Shown here: positions 27,541 to 39,155 of the stretch, piece by piece
How the letters are laid out: every line of letters starts with the position of its first letter
How positions within the stretch are numbered: the stretch's first letter is position 1
Source of the DNA: Rikenellaceae bacterium
GTDB taxonomy: Bacteria > Bacteroidota > Bacteroidia > Bacteroidales > Rikenellaceae
DNA: 64,000 bases
Assembly (NCBI GenBank): GCA_015059785.1
Contig: SUZS01000006.1
Coordinates: 1,947-65,946 of the forward strand
Reading direction: 5' to 3'
Made by a program: the position numbers and the translations under genes
Notes under the pieces: generated by a model
What the model saw: the letters and a program-made list of their open reading frames with translations, nothing else
The model's database searches: none
What the model was told of the DNA's origin: nothing

Positions 27541-28194
27541 ATGAAAGAGTTTGAAAAGTTTGCCGTAAAAAGCTGTGGCATCAGCTCAACAACACTACAC
27601 GACTATCGTGCTGCATATATCAACCCGACAATTCTTGAGGAGCGTCAGCTCAATGTCACACAGATGGATGTATTCAGCCGTCTGATGATGGAGCGCATTC
27701 TATTCCTCGGCACAGCTATTGATAGCGATATTGCTAACATTATCCAGGCACAGATTCTCTTCCTTGAGTCTACAGACCCTACGAAGGATATTCAGATATA
27801 TGTAAACTCTCCAGGTGGAGTAGTCTCTGCGGGACTTGGTATTTATGACACTATGCAGCTTTCACACTGTGATGTCTCTACAATCTGTACGGGTATGGCC
27901 GCCTCTATGGGTGCAGTTCTGCTCGCTGCGGGTGCTACGGGCAAGCGTAGCGCACTTCCTCACGCTCGCGTGATGATTCACCAACCACTGGGTGGTGTGC
28001 AGGGTCAGGCTTCAGATATTGAGATTACCGCTCGCGAGATTCTCAAACTCAAGAAGGAGCTTTACGACATTCTGAGCTACCATACTGGCAAGGACTACGC
28101 GACTATTGAGCACGATGCAGACCGCGACCACTGGCTCTCAGCTGCTGAGGCTCAAGAGTACGGACTGATTGACTATGTAGTATCAAAACGATAA
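27541..28194 (+). CDS. clpP: ATP-dependent Clp protease proteolytic subunit
   Basis: NSPGG, AASMGA (Ser), MIHQP (His), GQASDI. Confidence 0.97.
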   Translation: MKEFEKFAVKSCGISSTTLHDYRAAYINPTILEERQLNVTQMDVFSRLMMERILFLGTAIDSDIANIIQAQILFLESTDPTKDIQIYVNSPGGVVSAGLGIYDTMQLSHCDVSTICTGMAASMGAVLLAAGATGKRSALPHARVMIHQPLGGVQGQASDIEITAREILKLKKELYDILSYHTGKDYATIEHDADRDHWLSAAEAQEYGLIDYVVSKR

Positions 28195-28196
28195 CT

Positions 28197-29483
28197 ATGG
28201 CAAAAACAAATAGCAAACAGACTCGCAAGGAGCCATATTGCTCCTTCTGCGGTCGTAGCAAGAGCGATGTTGAGATACTGTTTCAAGGAGTTGACGGCGC
28301 GACAATATGCAACGACTGCATAGAGGTTGGCTACACCTCACTTGTCAATAACAACATTATTACTCCGAAGGAGGGTCAAAGGGCTACTACAAAGACTGCG
28401 GCGGGCTTTACGCCCGACAAACTGCTCAAGCCAGCACAGATAAAGGAGTTTTTGGATACATATATCATCGGTCAGGACAGCGCAAAGCGCTCTATAGCCG
28501 TCGCTGTATACAACCACTACAAGCGTCTTATCGGCACAAATAGTGAGCAGGCAGCGCAGGTAGAGATTGACAAATCAAACATCATCCTTGTAGGTCCAAC
28601 TGGTACTGGTAAGACCCTTATTGCCAGAACTATAGCACGACTGCTTGAGGTGCCATTTACTATCGTTGATGCCACTGTACTCACTCAGGCTGGTTATGTG
28701 GGCGAGGATGTAGAGAGCATTCTATCTCGCCTCTATCAGGCATCGGGATACAACCTTGAGGCTACACAGCGAGGTATTATCTTTATTGACGAGATAGACA
28801 AGATTGCTCGCAAGGGCAACAACCCAAGCATTACTCGTGATGTATCGGGCGAGGGTGTTCAGCAGGCACTGCTCAAGATTTTGGAGGGCACTATTGTCAA
28901 TGTAGCTCCAGAGGGTGGCAGAAAGCACCCAGAGCAGAAGTTTGTGCAGGTAGATACACGCAACATACTCTTTATCTGCGGTGGTGCCTTTGATGGTATT
29001 GAGAAGCGCATTGCTCAGCGACTCAACACCCGCGCTATTGGTTACGGCAGAGCTGTAGGTGCAGATATTGACCGCGAGAATATGCTCCGCTATGTTCAGC
29101 CTCAAGATATCAAGAGCTATGGACTCATTCCAGAACTTGTGGGCCGTCTACCGGTAATCACTCACCTTGAGCCACTGAGCCGCGAGGTACTGCGCAACAT
29201 TCTTACAGAGCCTAAAAATGCGATTGTAAGGCAGTATCAGCACCTGTTTAAGATGGACGGCATTGAGCTTACCTTTGAGGACGAGGCGCTGGATTATATC
29301 GTAGACAAAGCCGTTGAGTTTACTCTTGGCGCACGAGGTTTACGCTCTATATGCGAGGCAGTTATGAAGGATTTGATGTTTGATGCACCTTCGTCAGACC
29401 TCAAGAGTTTTGTTGTTACAAAGCAGTATGCCGAGCAGAAGTTTGAAGCCTCAGCCTCAACACTAACAAAGCAGGGCGAGTAA
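28197..29483 (+). CDS. clpX: ATP-dependent Clp protease ATP-binding subunit
   Basis: CSFC zinc finger, [30 protein letters not shown]. Confidence 0.97.
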   Translation: MAKTNSKQTRKEPYCSFCGRSKSDVEILFQGVDGATICNDCIEVGYTSLVNNNIITPKEGQRATTKTAAGFTPDKLLKPAQIKEFLDTYIIGQDSAKRSIAVAVYNHYKRLIGTNSEQAAQVEIDKSNIILVGPTGTGKTLIARTIARLLEVPFTIVDATVLTQAGYVGEDVESILSRLYQASGYNLEATQRGIIFIDEIDKIARKGNNPSITRDVSGEGVQQALLKILEGTIVNVAPEGGRKHPEQKFVQVDTRNILFICGGAFDGIEKRIAQRLNTRAIGYGRAVGADIDRENMLRYVQPQDIKSYGLIPELVGRLPVITHLEPLSREVLRNILTEPKNAIVRQYQHLFKMDGIELTFEDEALDYIVDKAVEFTLGARGLRSICEAVMKDLMFDAPSSDLKSFVVTKQYAEQKFEASASTLTKQGE

Positions 29484-29559
29484 TTTTTTTGGACAAGTTT
29501 TGTGAAAAGTAGATTTTTTTCACTACATTTGTATAATTGAAACTAAAAAACCTATAGAT

Positions 29560-31590
29560 ATGGCAAACGACATTCAACTTGCAAAGGCGGCGAACAATAT
29601 TCGCATCCTTGCAGCCTCAATGGTAGAGAAGGCTAAGTCTGGCCACCCAGGTGGTGCAATGGGCGGTGCTGATTTTGTAAATGTACTCTTTGCAGAGTTT
29701 CTGCGCTACGACCCAGATAATATGCTCTACCCTTATCGTGACCGTTTCTTCCTTGATCCAGGTCATATGTCACCTATGCTCTACTCAGTGCTTGCGCTTG
29801 CAGGTCACTACTCTATGGAGGATCTTCAGCAGTTCCGTCAGTGGGGCAGCGTTACTCCTGGTCACCCAGAGGTAGATTTTCTGCGTGGTGTAGAGAATAC
29901 ATCTGGTCCGCTTGGTCAGGGACACGCAATGGGTCTTGGTGCAGCTATTGCTGAGCGATTTATGGTTGCTCGCTTTGGCGAGTGGATGGCGCATAAGACA
30001 TATATTTATATCTCTGATGGCGCAGTGCAGGAGGAGGTTTCACAGGGCGTAGGCCGTATTGCGGGCAACCTCGGTCTGTCAAACATCATTATGTACTACG
30101 ACTCTAACAACATCCAGCTCTCTACAAAGGTGGACGAGGTTGATACCGAGGATGTGGCGATGAAGTATCGCGCATGGGGTTGGAATGTTATTGAGATTGA
30201 CGGCACAAGCATCCCAGAGATTCGCGCTGCACTGAAGAAGGCTAACGAGCCTACAGATAAGCCTACAATCATTATTGGCACAACTGTTATGGGTCGTGGC
30301 GCTGTGACTGCTGAGGGCGAGAGCTTTGAGCATAAGGTCTCTACACACGGTCAGCCACTTTCGGCTGCTGGTGCAGACTATGCTGCAACGATTGCTAACC
30401 TTGGTGGCGACGCGGAGAATCCATTTACAATTTTCAACGAGAGCAAGGTCGTTTATGAGGACCGTGCAATAATGCTTCGTGCCGAAATGGTAGAGCGCAA
30501 GAAGGTGGAGGCCGAGTGGCGCGCCGCAAACCCTGCTCTTGCTCGCAAGCTCGATATGTTCCTTTCTGGCAAGTTGCCTCAGATTGACTACCGCTCAATA
30601 GAGATGAAGCCAGATCAGGCTACTCGTGCAGCATCAGCAACTGTTCTGGGCATCTATGGCGAGAAGGTTGAGAATATGATTGTTGCATCGGCAGACCTCT
30701 CTAACTCAGATAAGACTGACGGCTTCCTTAAGAAGACTAAGGCCTTTACAAAGGGAGACTTCAGCGGTAAGTTCTTCCAGGCGGGCGTTTCAGAGTTTAC
30801 CATGGCTTGTATTATGAACGGTATGGCTCTGCACGGTGGTGTAATCCCTGCTTGCGGAACATTCTTCGTCTTCTCTGACTATATGAAGCCAGTAGTTCGT
30901 CTATCTGCCCTTATGCGTCTGCATGTGATTTACATCTGGACACACGACTCGTTCCGCGTGGGCGAGGATGGTCCTACACACCAGCCAGTAGAGCAGGAGG
31001 CACAGATTCGCCTTATGGAGCATCTGCATAACCACAGCGGCGAGCGTTCAATGGTCGTTCTCCGCCCTGCCGATGCCGAGGATACTATCGCAGCGTGGAA
31101 GATTGCCCTTGAGGAGCAGCGTCCAGTAGCTCTTATCCTCTCACGCCAGAATATCAAGAACCTTCCAACACTCAGCGCATCGCGTCGTGACGAGGCTATG
31201 CAGTGCCAGAAGGGTGCATATATTGTCGTAGACTCTGCTAAACCGAAGGTTGTTATGGTGGCTTCAGGTTCAGAGGTGGCTACACTTGTTGAGGGCGCAG
31301 AGCTTCTGAAGAAGGAGGGTATCAATGTTCGCGTAGTTGATGTTCCAAGCGAGGGTCTGTTCCGTGACCAGCCAAAGTCTTATCAGGAGGCTGTTATCCC
31401 ATCTGACGCTATCCGCTATGGTATGACATCTGGCCTACCTGTAACACTGCTCGGATTGGTTGGCTCACTTGAGAATATCCACGGCCTTGACCACTTCGGT
31501 CACTCTGCACCATATAAGGTGCTTGACAAGCAGTTCGGCTACAATGGTGAGACTGTATACAACGAGGTTATGAAACTTCTGGGTAAGTAA
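29560..31590 (+). CDS. tkt: Transketolase
   Basis: SGHPG, GPLGQG, SDG..QE, THDS..VGEDGPTHQP. Confidence 0.95.
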   Translation: MANDIQLAKAANNIRILAASMVEKAKSGHPGGAMGGADFVNVLFAEFLRYDPDNMLYPYRDRFFLDPGHMSPMLYSVLALAGHYSMEDLQQFRQWGSVTPGHPEVDFLRGVENTSGPLGQGHAMGLGAAIAERFMVARFGEWMAHKTYIYISDGAVQEEVSQGVGRIAGNLGLSNIIMYYDSNNIQLSTKVDEVDTEDVAMKYRAWGWNVIEIDGTSIPEIRAALKKANEPTDKPTIIIGTTVMGRGAVTAEGESFEHKVSTHGQPLSAAGADYAATIANLGGDAENPFTIFNESKVVYEDRAIMLRAEMVERKKVEAEWRAANPALARKLDMFLSGKLPQIDYRSIEMKPDQATRAASATVLGIYGEKVENMIVASADLSNSDKTDGFLKKTKAFTKGDFSGKFFQAGVSEFTMACIMNGMALHGGVIPACGTFFVFSDYMKPVVRLSALMRLHVIYIWTHDSFRVGEDGPTHQPVEQEAQIRLMEHLHNHSGERSMVVLRPADAEDTIAAWKIALEEQRPVALILSRQNIKNLPTLSASRRDEAMQCQKGAYIVVDSAKPKVVMVASGSEVATLVEGAELLKKEGINVRVVDVPSEGLFRDQPKSYQEAVIPSDAIRYGMTSGLPVTLLGLVGSLENIHGLDHFGHSAPYKVLDKQFGYNGETVYNEVMKLLGK

Positions 31591-31604
31591 TCTTAGCCTA
31601 TTGT

Positions 31605-31649
31605 AAAATCAGAGGGGCTGTTCTATTTGAACAGCCCCTCTGATTTTTT
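31605..31649. terminator. Bidirectional intrinsic terminator
   Basis: AAAATCAGAGGGGCTGTTC/GAACAGCCCCTCTGATTTT perfect stem between tkt and the V-ATPase operon. Confidence 0.9.
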
Positions 31650-31659
31650 GTAGCACTAA

Positions 31660-32133
31660 CTATGCCCAAGTAGTTGCAACTGATGCAATAAGGAATGTTG
31701 CTGCAACGGTAAGGATAGCATAAAGCTCTGGGAACGCTGCAAGGATAAGGGTCTTACCCATCACATCGTGACCGTTACCGATAGCTGCAATACCGTTAGC
31801 ACAAACCTTGCCCTGATAGATAGCTGCAAGAAGGTTTACCATACCTACGAGCAGACCAATACCAAGAACAGCAGCACCCTGTGCAGGAGTAGTTGCAGGA
31901 CCAACGAGTGGATAGAGGTTTGTCACCATAAAGAAACAAACGAAACCATAAAGACCCTGTGAACCCGGAAGTGCAGAGAGAACCATATAGCTACCAAATG
32001 CGCCACCGTTCTTCTTCATAGCACCTACTGCTGCCTGACCACAGATTGCAGTACCAATTGCAGATGCGATACCTGCCAAACCTACCATAAGCGCAACGCC
32101 TACATAGGCCATAATAATTGCTGAATTTTCCAT
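31660..32133 (-). CDS. ntpK: V-type ATPase subunit K (proteolipid)
   Basis: Four-TM proteolipid; LPGSQGLYGF, YQG and FPE motifs. Confidence 0.92.
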   Translation of the reverse strand: MENSAIIMAYVGVALMVGLAGIASAIGTAICGQAAVGAMKKNGGAFGSYMVLSALPGSQGLYGFVCFFMVTNLYPLVGPATTPAQGAAVLGIGLLVGMVNLLAAIYQGKVCANGIAAIGNGHDVMGKTLILAAFPELYAILTVAATFLIASVATTWA

Positions 32134-32174
32134 AATTGTAATTTTTTTAAGTTAATTATTGTTTTTTACTTGTA

Positions 32175-34001
32175 TTACTCATTTTTTAATGGCTCAAATG
32201 TGCGTGTGCCCATCTCAAAGCCAGCATTTTTGAAGAACTCCACAAATGTCAATCGCATAGGATGTACAAATGAAGAGATTGTTGACATAAACAGATTGAT
32301 ACCGTGACCAACAAGTAGTATTGCCGATGCACCGATAATCTGAAACACTGTACCAACAGTAAACTGCTCAATACCTGCATCCAATCCCGTTAGACCCATC
32401 GCAAGGCTGTTAAACACCAACGCCAACACACCTCCCGACAGTCCAATAGCAAACAGACGGATATATGAGAGTAGGTCTGAAAGAAGGCCTGTAATATTAT
32501 TATAGGTATCCCACAGTCCAACACCGAAGTTAGCAAAGATATTGAAACTTGGCTTATTGAGTAGTAACATCAGCACAAGTGCAACACCAGCTGTAGCAAG
32601 ATAAGCCACTGACGAGAACGAGTACCACTCTACACCAACCATACCTGCCACACCAGCCGCACAAGAGCTGAAGATAAGCAAGAACCAGCCCAGCGAGCCG
32701 AGTGCATTCTTAAAGCCGTAGGTAATAGTTGTCATCACGATATTGATAGCCATACCAAACAGAATCTGGAAGATACCGATACCAAGTGATGCGTAGAAGA
32801 ACTGATTCTGGAAGTCCAAGAACTTGAAATTCTCAAACAGCGGTGCATCAGAGATTGTCATTCCAAAGAATGAGTTTGCGGCAAAGCCAAACGCCACACT
32901 CGCAACACCACAGACTGTAGAGAACAGTGCCGCCTGACGCATCTTTGGTCCACCCTTCAGAAGCAGGCCAATACCCGCTGCAAGGATAACTGCTCCATAG
33001 CCCGCATCGCAAAGACAAATTGCAAAGAAGAGCATATAGAATGGCGCAAAGAATGGTGTAAGGTCTATTGTTCCATACTTTGGTAGAGAGTACATATTGC
33101 CCACCAGCTCAAAGATACGAGCAAAGCGATTATTCTTCAGCTTCACTGGTGTATTGTCCTCTGGAGTTGGATCACTCTTGATATAGACAGTATTTGGCGA
33201 GGCGTCAAGCAGTGCGTCAACCTTTGCTACATTGCTCTGCTCTGCCCAGCCCTCAAGAACAAGAAGCAGACCCTCTGCTGCGCTATCGGCAGTAGCGGCA
33301 ATGCGTACATCCTGAAGTTTGGTCTTAAGAGCCGACAGCTCCTTGACGATAACATCACGGTGAGCAGCACAAGCGGTAATAGTCTGCTCGGCAGCCTCAA
33401 TACGAGCATTAGCAGCCTTAACGGCAGAAGTAAGAGCTGAAAGGTTCATTGTCGGAGCCTTAATCTCCTGTGCATCAATATCTATCTGCTCTGTTCCGTC
33501 GCCAATAATCACAAAGCGGGCCGTATTATCCACATCGCTAACAAGAGCAACATTATACTGCTCTGCCCACTGCTCTACACCCTTTGAGTATGTGCTTGTA
33601 GGGGTTACGAAGTAGCGAAGGACAACACCCACCTTTGCAAGTGCTGCCATGTGGTCTGTATCGAAGTCGCCCCATGCTCGCCACTCCTCAACACTCTTCT
33701 CAAGGCGAGCAATCTCACCCTTGGCAGCAGTAATCTCTGCCTGAGCAGCGGTGTAGGTAGCAAAGACTGTTGCGCTATCAACACTCTGAGTTGTACTCTT
33801 CTCCTCCTTTACAACAGCCTCCAAAACATTAAGTGCCTTTGTGCGGCTCTCAATCTCAAGAAGCAGGTCGCGGTCAGCCTCAGTTGGCTCCCAGCCCGAA
33901 GTTGTGATATCTACCATACCCGTTTGTCGCAACGACTCAATAAATCGTTCACGCTCGGCGGCAAGGAGTACGATATCGTATTTCATCATTCTAACTATCA
34001 T
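32175..34001 (-). CDS. ntpI: V-type ATPase subunit I
   Basis: LEGW, P.Y...D.TP, DAGYG, SYIRLFA, HPMRL.FVEFF. Confidence 0.93.
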   Translation of the reverse strand: MIVRMMKYDIVLLAAERERFIESLRQTGMVDITTSGWEPTEADRDLLLEIESRTKALNVLEAVVKEEKSTTQSVDSATVFATYTAAQAEITAAKGEIARLEKSVEEWRAWGDFDTDHMAALAKVGVVLRYFVTPTSTYSKGVEQWAEQYNVALVSDVDNTARFVIIGDGTEQIDIDAQEIKAPTMNLSALTSAVKAANARIEAAEQTITACAAHRDVIVKELSALKTKLQDVRIAATADSAAEGLLLVLEGWAEQSNVAKVDALLDASPNTVYIKSDPTPEDNTPVKLKNNRFARIFELVGNMYSLPKYGTIDLTPFFAPFYMLFFAICLCDAGYGAVILAAGIGLLLKGGPKMRQAALFSTVCGVASVAFGFAANSFFGMTISDAPLFENFKFLDFQNQFFYASLGIGIFQILFGMAINIVMTTITYGFKNALGSLGWFLLIFSSCAAGVAGMVGVEWYSFSSVAYLATAGVALVLMLLLNKPSFNIFANFGVGLWDTYNNITGLLSDLLSYIRLFAIGLSGGVLALVFNSLAMGLTGLDAGIEQFTVGTVFQIIGASAILLVGHGINLFMSTISSFVHPMRLTFVEFFKNAGFEMGTRTFEPLKNE

Positions 34002-34615
34002 ACTGCGCTGCCCTCCTCGGCAGATGCCTGCTGTTGCTGGCGAGTTTTAACAATCTTCTGTGCCGACTTACTCAGATTCTCCTCATCCTCCATAAATCGT
34101 TTAATTTTGCGTATGGCATCCTCATATCCAGGTATCTGCACCTTTTCATAGAGGTTTACCTTTTGAGTAGTCTTGCGGCGAGCGTAGTCCAGAAGCTCCA
34201 TCTGGCGGGTGTATACCGCAGACTGGATGCCCAAAACAGCTATCTGCTTGAGTAGTGCCAATCCATCGCTATACCACGCTGGAGAGGAGAAGATATCAAA
34301 TGGTTTCTCATCAAAGATAACCTCTCCAAGTATCGGAATACGAACTCCCGCGATCTTCTGTGTCGTTAGTTCGACATCAGAAATCTTGAGTAGTGTACAA
34401 TCAAACTCTCCCCACAGCGAGACCATATAGTCGTACTGCGCCACAAGGGCGTCGTACTTGCTACGGTAGCCGTTGGCTGAGTCCTTCGCTCGCTTTACCT
34501 CAAGGCGCAGAGCCGACTCCTTACTCTTGATAGTAGGGAGTGCCTTCTGGCGCATCTTGAGCTGCTTACCCAGCTCGCCAAGCGAAGTCTTATTATATTG
34601 AAATTTGATTGCCAT
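33998..34615 (-). CDS. ntpD: V-type ATPase subunit D
   Basis: TTQKVNLYEKVQIP motif; position in operon. Confidence 0.92.
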   Translation of the reverse strand: MAIKFQYNKTSLGELGKQLKMRQKALPTIKSKESALRLEVKRAKDSANGYRSKYDALVAQYDYMVSLWGEFDCTLLKISDVELTTQKIAGVRIPILGEVIFDEKPFDIFSSPAWYSDGLALLKQIAVLGIQSAVYTRQMELLDYARRKTTQKVNLYEKVQIPGYEDAIRKIKRFMEDEENLSKSAQKIVKTRQQQQASAEEGSAV

Positions 34616-34621
34616 CAGTTA

Positions 34622-35941
34622 TTATGCTTTCCAATATTTAGCAATAAGTTCTGCCTTAATTGCGACCTCCTCCTTTGAGAAGTACTCCGCAAACAGAGCC
34701 CAAGCGGTATCAAGCATCTCTGTAATCTCAATGTTTACATCGATAGCAAGAAGCTTCTCTGAGTAGTCGTGCGCAAACTTAAGAGCACGCTCGTCGTAGT
34801 CAGAGAGGTCAAAACCATTCTCCAGCTTAGTCTTTGCATTTGCGGCATCAGCATACAGACGCACGCAGGCATTCATAACCTGAGGGTGGTCCTCACGGGT
34901 CTTCTTACCGATAACAAGCTGCTTGAGTCGTGACAGTGAACGGAATGGGTCGATGATAACCTTACCAGTATCAGAGTCGTTACGAAGGAAGAGCTGACCC
35001 TCGGTAATATAACCAGTGTTATCTGGAATAGCGTGGGTAATATCGCCACCAGAGAGGGTTGTAACGGCAATAATTGTAATAGAACCTCCATTAGGAAGCT
35101 GTACGGCCTTCTCGTAAATCTTTGCAAGGTCAGAGTAGAGTGAACCAGGCATAGAGTCCTTAGATGGAATCTGATCCATACGGTTAGACACGATAGCAAG
35201 CGCATCGGCATAGAGGGTCATATCTGTAAGCAGCACAAGCACCTTCTCGCCCTTATCTACAGCGAAGTACTCGGCAGCTGTAAGTGCCATATCTGGCACA
35301 AGCAGACGCTCTACTGGAGGGTTCTCAGTTGTATTTACGAAAGATACGATACGGTCCAGCGCACCTGCATTCTCAAACACCTGCTTGAAGTAGAGGAAGT
35401 CATCGTTTGTAAGACCCATACCGCCGAGGATAATCTTGTCGGCCTTTGCACGCAGAGCCACATTTGCCATAACGGCGTTGTATGGCTGATCTGGGTCGGC
35501 AAAGAATGGAATCTTCTGACCAGTTACGATAGTGTTGTTAAGGTCGATACCTGCGATACCTGTAGCAATAAGCTCTGAAGGCTGCAGACGCTTGAATGGG
35601 TTTACAGTAGGACCACCAATCTCGCGAGCCTCACCCTCAAGCTGCTCACCACCCTCAAGTGGCTCACCGTATGCGTTGAAGAAGCGGCCAGCAAGGTTGT
35701 CAGATACCTTAAGCTTTGGTGGCTCGCCGTGGAATACCACCTCTGAGTTTGTAGCAAGGCCCTCAGTACCGGCAAATACCTGAAGGGTTACATGCTCGCC
35801 CATAATCTTTACTACCTGTGCAAGCTTTCCGCCCACAGTAGCAAGCTCATCATTACCTACGCCAGTAGCACGAAGAGTGACTGTTGCCTTGGTAATGTTG
35901 TCAATTTTTGTATATACTTTTTGAAATGCTCTTGTTGTCAT
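34622..35941 (-). CDS. ntpB: V-type ATPase subunit B
   Basis: GQKIPFF, LTDMTLYA, PDNTGYITEGQ. Confidence 0.95.
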   Translation of the reverse strand: MTTRAFQKVYTKIDNITKATVTLRATGVGNDELATVGGKLAQVVKIMGEHVTLQVFAGTEGLATNSEVVFHGEPPKLKVSDNLAGRFFNAYGEPLEGGEQLEGEAREIGGPTVNPFKRLQPSELIATGIAGIDLNNTIVTGQKIPFFADPDQPYNAVMANVALRAKADKIILGGMGLTNDDFLYFKQVFENAGALDRIVSFVNTTENPPVERLLVPDMALTAAEYFAVDKGEKVLVLLTDMTLYADALAIVSNRMDQIPSKDSMPGSLYSDLAKIYEKAVQLPNGGSITIIAVTTLSGGDITHAIPDNTGYITEGQLFLRNDSDTGKVIIDPFRSLSRLKQLVIGKKTREDHPQVMNACVRLYADAANAKTKLENGFDLSDYDERALKFAHDYSEKLLAIDVNIEITEMLDTAWALFAEYFSKEEVAIKAELIAKYWKA

Positions 35942-35950
35942 AGTACCAAA

Positions 35951-37702
35951 TTATTTTGCAGAGGCAACATACTCATTAATTTGCTTCTGATAGTCGTAGA
36001 ATTTCTCGCTCTGCCACTCAGAGTAGTTCATCTGACGGAAGAGGTTGATAAGACCCTTGAAGAACTTTGAACAAGCCTCAAAGTCCGCAAAGTCAAAGTC
36101 GTAGTCGCAGATATCAAGAACCATCTTGTACATCATCTGCTGACGCTCCATAGGACAGTTAGCATCAATATCGTCAAAAGCATCCTGCTGAAGAACGACA
36201 AAGTCAATAAGCTCGCTCTTCCAGAAACGCTCGTGGTAGTCTACAGGTACACCGTCATCACCGAGGATGTTAATCTGGTCGTTAGCCTCCTTACCGCGCT
36301 GAACGATAGTCTTACCCTTACGAACAAGAGCTACCCAGCCCTTCTCAATCTTCTCTCCCAGATACTCCTCTACCTCTGGATACTCAAGATACTTTGAGTA
36401 AGACTCCAGTGGGTCGATTGCTGGATAACGCTTTGAGTCTGCACGACCCTGTGAGAGGGCGTAGAAGCAACGAGCAGCCTTCTTTGTAGACTCAGTAACA
36501 GGCTCCTTGAGGTTACCACCCGCAGGAGATACAGTACCGAGGAATGTTACAGAGCCGGTCTGTCCATTTGTCAGCTTCACAAGACCTGCACGAGCATAGA
36601 AGTTAGAGATGATTGCCGAGAGGTCCATAGGGAACGCATCCTGACCTGGAAGCTCCTCAAGGCGGTTAGACATCTCACGAAGTGCCTGTGCCCAACGAGA
36701 GGTAGAGTCCGCCATAACAAGCACACGCAGACCCATAGAGCGGTAGTACTCGCCGATTGTCATACCGGTGTATACAGATGCCTCACGCGCTGCAACTGGC
36801 ATATTTGAGGTGTTACAGATGATGATTGTACGCTCCATAAGTTTGTGGCCTGTATGTGGGTCGATAAGCTCTGGGAACTCCTTAAAAATCTCCACAACCT
36901 CATTTGCACGCTCTCCACAAGCAACAATGATAATAACATCTGCCTCTGCCTGCTTTGAAATTGCGTGCTGAAGCACGGTCTTACCAGCACCGAATGGGCC
37001 AGGAATAAAGCCTGTACCACCCTCTGCAAGTGGATTGAAGGTATCAATAGCACGAACACCTGTCTCCATAACCTTTGATGGACGAGGCTTCTCGGTATAG
37101 CAGCGTACAGCCTGCTTTACTGGCCACTTCTGCACCATTGTAACATTATACTGGTTGCCATCAACATCCGCAAGCACTGCAATAGTATCGGTAACCTTAT
37201 ATGTACCAGCAGCAACGATGCTCTTTACAGTGTAGTTGCCGGTCATAATAAATGGAACCATAATCTTGTGGGCAATCCACTGCTCCTGAACCTCTCCGAG
37301 CCAAGAGGCAGCAGATACCTTGTCGCCAACCTTTGCAAGTGGCTTGAACTCCCACTCACTATTAAAGTCAAGCGGCTCGGTAATTGAGCCACGGTCAATA
37401 AACAGACCGTCCATCTTTGCAAGGTCGTTCTGCAGACCGTCGTAGTTCTTTGAGAGCAGACCTGGTGCAAGGGTAGCCTCAAGCATATGGCCCTCAAACT
37501 CTACGCGGTCGCCAATCTTCAGACCACGAGTAGAGTCGTAAACCTGTACATAGGCATCGTCGCCTATAACCTTGATGACCTCAGCCATCATTCGGGTATC
37601 ACCGCAGTAAACATAGCAAATCTCGTTCTGCGCCACAGCACCCTCGGCACGAACAATTACGATGTTAGAGATAATACCACTAACTTTTCCGATTGTTTTC
37701 AT
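35951..37702 (-). CDS. ntpA: V-type ATPase subunit A
   Basis: PGPFGAGKT, GERANE, NTSNMPVAARE, DSTSRWA. Confidence 0.96.
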   Translation of the reverse strand: MKTIGKVSGIISNIVIVRAEGAVAQNEICYVYCGDTRMMAEVIKVIGDDAYVQVYDSTRGLKIGDRVEFEGHMLEATLAPGLLSKNYDGLQNDLAKMDGLFIDRGSITEPLDFNSEWEFKPLAKVGDKVSAASWLGEVQEQWIAHKIMVPFIMTGNYTVKSIVAAGTYKVTDTIAVLADVDGNQYNVTMVQKWPVKQAVRCYTEKPRPSKVMETGVRAIDTFNPLAEGGTGFIPGPFGAGKTVLQHAISKQAEADVIIIVACGERANEVVEIFKEFPELIDPHTGHKLMERTIIICNTSNMPVAAREASVYTGMTIGEYYRSMGLRVLVMADSTSRWAQALREMSNRLEELPGQDAFPMDLSAIISNFYARAGLVKLTNGQTGSVTFLGTVSPAGGNLKEPVTESTKKAARCFYALSQGRADSKRYPAIDPLESYSKYLEYPEVEEYLGEKIEKGWVALVRKGKTIVQRGKEANDQINILGDDGVPVDYHERFWKSELIDFVVLQQDAFDDIDANCPMERQQMMYKMVLDICDYDFDFADFEACSKFFKGLINLFRQMNYSEWQSEKFYDYQKQINEYVASAK

Positions 37703-37709
37703 TATAGTG

Positions 37710-38543
37710 TTATTTTACTTTATCAATATGTTGTTTCCCGTCTAACTCTGCCATAAGCTTGTCAAACATCTTTCGGCCACTCTTTGCATCAAGCAGAGTC
37801 CAGCGAGCAACGAGATTTACCTTGACAAGGTATGCCAAAACGGCATCCAAAGAGAAGTAATCAAATGTAGAGAGTTCTGAAGCTACAGACCAACGAATAA
37901 GGTCAATCTTACGCTCCTTCTCGACCATATTATGCTCATCCATTGCAGAGATTAGCTGATCAATGTAGCTCAACTCGCCACGCAGACCAAAGTCCGCCGC
38001 CGAGCTACGGTGTAGCTGATCAACAATCTCACCGCCACCAACAGTCGCGCTATCAATAGCCACGCCTCGCTCACGAGCAACGAGTGCCGCAATAACATTT
38101 CTCAGTGCGCGGTCAGACTCCGACCAGTTTCTGAGAAATGCAGAGCCAGATGAGGCACAGAGCGCGTAGTATGCACCAAAGAGCGAGACAGCAAAAGGGA
38201 GCGAAGTATCAACACCCTCAGCATCCTCACTCTCCGCGTCTGCATAGGCACGAACAACCTTTGCAAGAGTCTTTGGAAGAGTTGTCGGATTCTCCAACTC
38301 AGCCGCCACCTGCTCAGGGCTCAAAAGTCCCAAGGCGTTGTGCGCACTGCTACCATTATGGCGAGCAACCAGATTCTCACAGTCATAGTAGGTATAGAGA
38401 AGCTCTACGCTCTGCCAATCTCTTGAGCTAAGCGACTCCTCTACCTCGGCAAGAATCTCTGCGATGTCAAAACCCTTTGTGTCGGCATCCAGAGCATACT
38501 CGCGAAGTCCCGCTACGAGTGTATAGTAGTTACTACTGAACAT
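37710..38543 (-). CDS. DUF2764 family protein (V-ATPase subunit C-like)
   Basis: YY.LVAGL N-terminus; conserved position between E and A in Bacteroidetes V-ATPase operons. Confidence 0.75.
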   Translation of the reverse strand: MFSSNYYTLVAGLREYALDADTKGFDIAEILAEVEESLSSRDWQSVELLYTYYDCENLVARHNGSSAHNALGLLSPEQVAAELENPTTLPKTLAKVVRAYADAESEDAEGVDTSLPFAVSLFGAYYALCASSGSAFLRNWSESDRALRNVIAALVARERGVAIDSATVGGGEIVDQLHRSSAADFGLRGELSYIDQLISAMDEHNMVEKERKIDLIRWSVASELSTFDYFSLDAVLAYLVKVNLVARWTLLDAKSGRKMFDKLMAELDGKQHIDKVK

Positions 38544-38549
38544 AGGCTA

Positions 38550-39155
38550 TTAGAAAAGCATTTTAGATACCTTCTCACGCAGATACTCCTGCATCAGAGC
38601 AGCGAAAGACTCCTCTGTAAATGAGATGTAGTAGCCGCCACCCTTCTGGCAAACCTTAAATCCAGTGTGAACATCCTTTGAGTAACCAACCTCAATACCT
38701 GCAGCAAGAAGCTCCTGTGCAGATGCCTCAAATGCCTTAGTAAAGTCAGCCTCAAGAGCAGCAGGGAGCATAGCTGTAAGCTCAACCTTACCACCGCCAT
38801 TCCAAGCAGCAGCAACTGCAAGAAGAAGTGACTTTACAAACTGCGCATCAACAATAGCAGCAGCAGTTCCCGCACCAACACTCTTTGCAATGATTGCATC
38901 AGCAATCTCAGTCTTAATCTTTGCCAGAGCCTGCTTGCCAGCAAGAGAAATCTCCGTCATTGAGTTTTTCGCTGTATCGGCAGCTTTTGTCTCAGCCTCC
39001 TTTACAATCTTTGCAGCCTCAGCCTTAGCATCAGCAACAATCTTCGCAGCAGTCGCTGTAGCCTCCGCTACAAGACGCTCTGCCTCGGCACGACCCTTCT
39101 CAAGCCCCTCTCCATAAAGGCGCTCGGTAAGTTCCTTTAACTTCTGATTTTCCAT
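38550..39155 (-). CDS. ntpE: V-type ATPase subunit E
   Basis: L.ELT..LY.EG.EKG, Ala-rich coiled coil; first gene of the operon; minus-strand TATATTTG at 39216-39223. Confidence 0.85.
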   Translation of the reverse strand: MENQKLKELTERLYGEGLEKGRAEAERLVAEATATAAKIVADAKAEAAKIVKEAETKAADTAKNSMTEISLAGKQALAKIKTEIADAIIAKSVGAGTAAAIVDAQFVKSLLLAVAAAWNGGGKVELTAMLPAALEADFTKAFEASAQELLAAGIEVGYSKDVHTGFKVCQKGGGYYISFTEESFAALMQEYLREKVSKMLF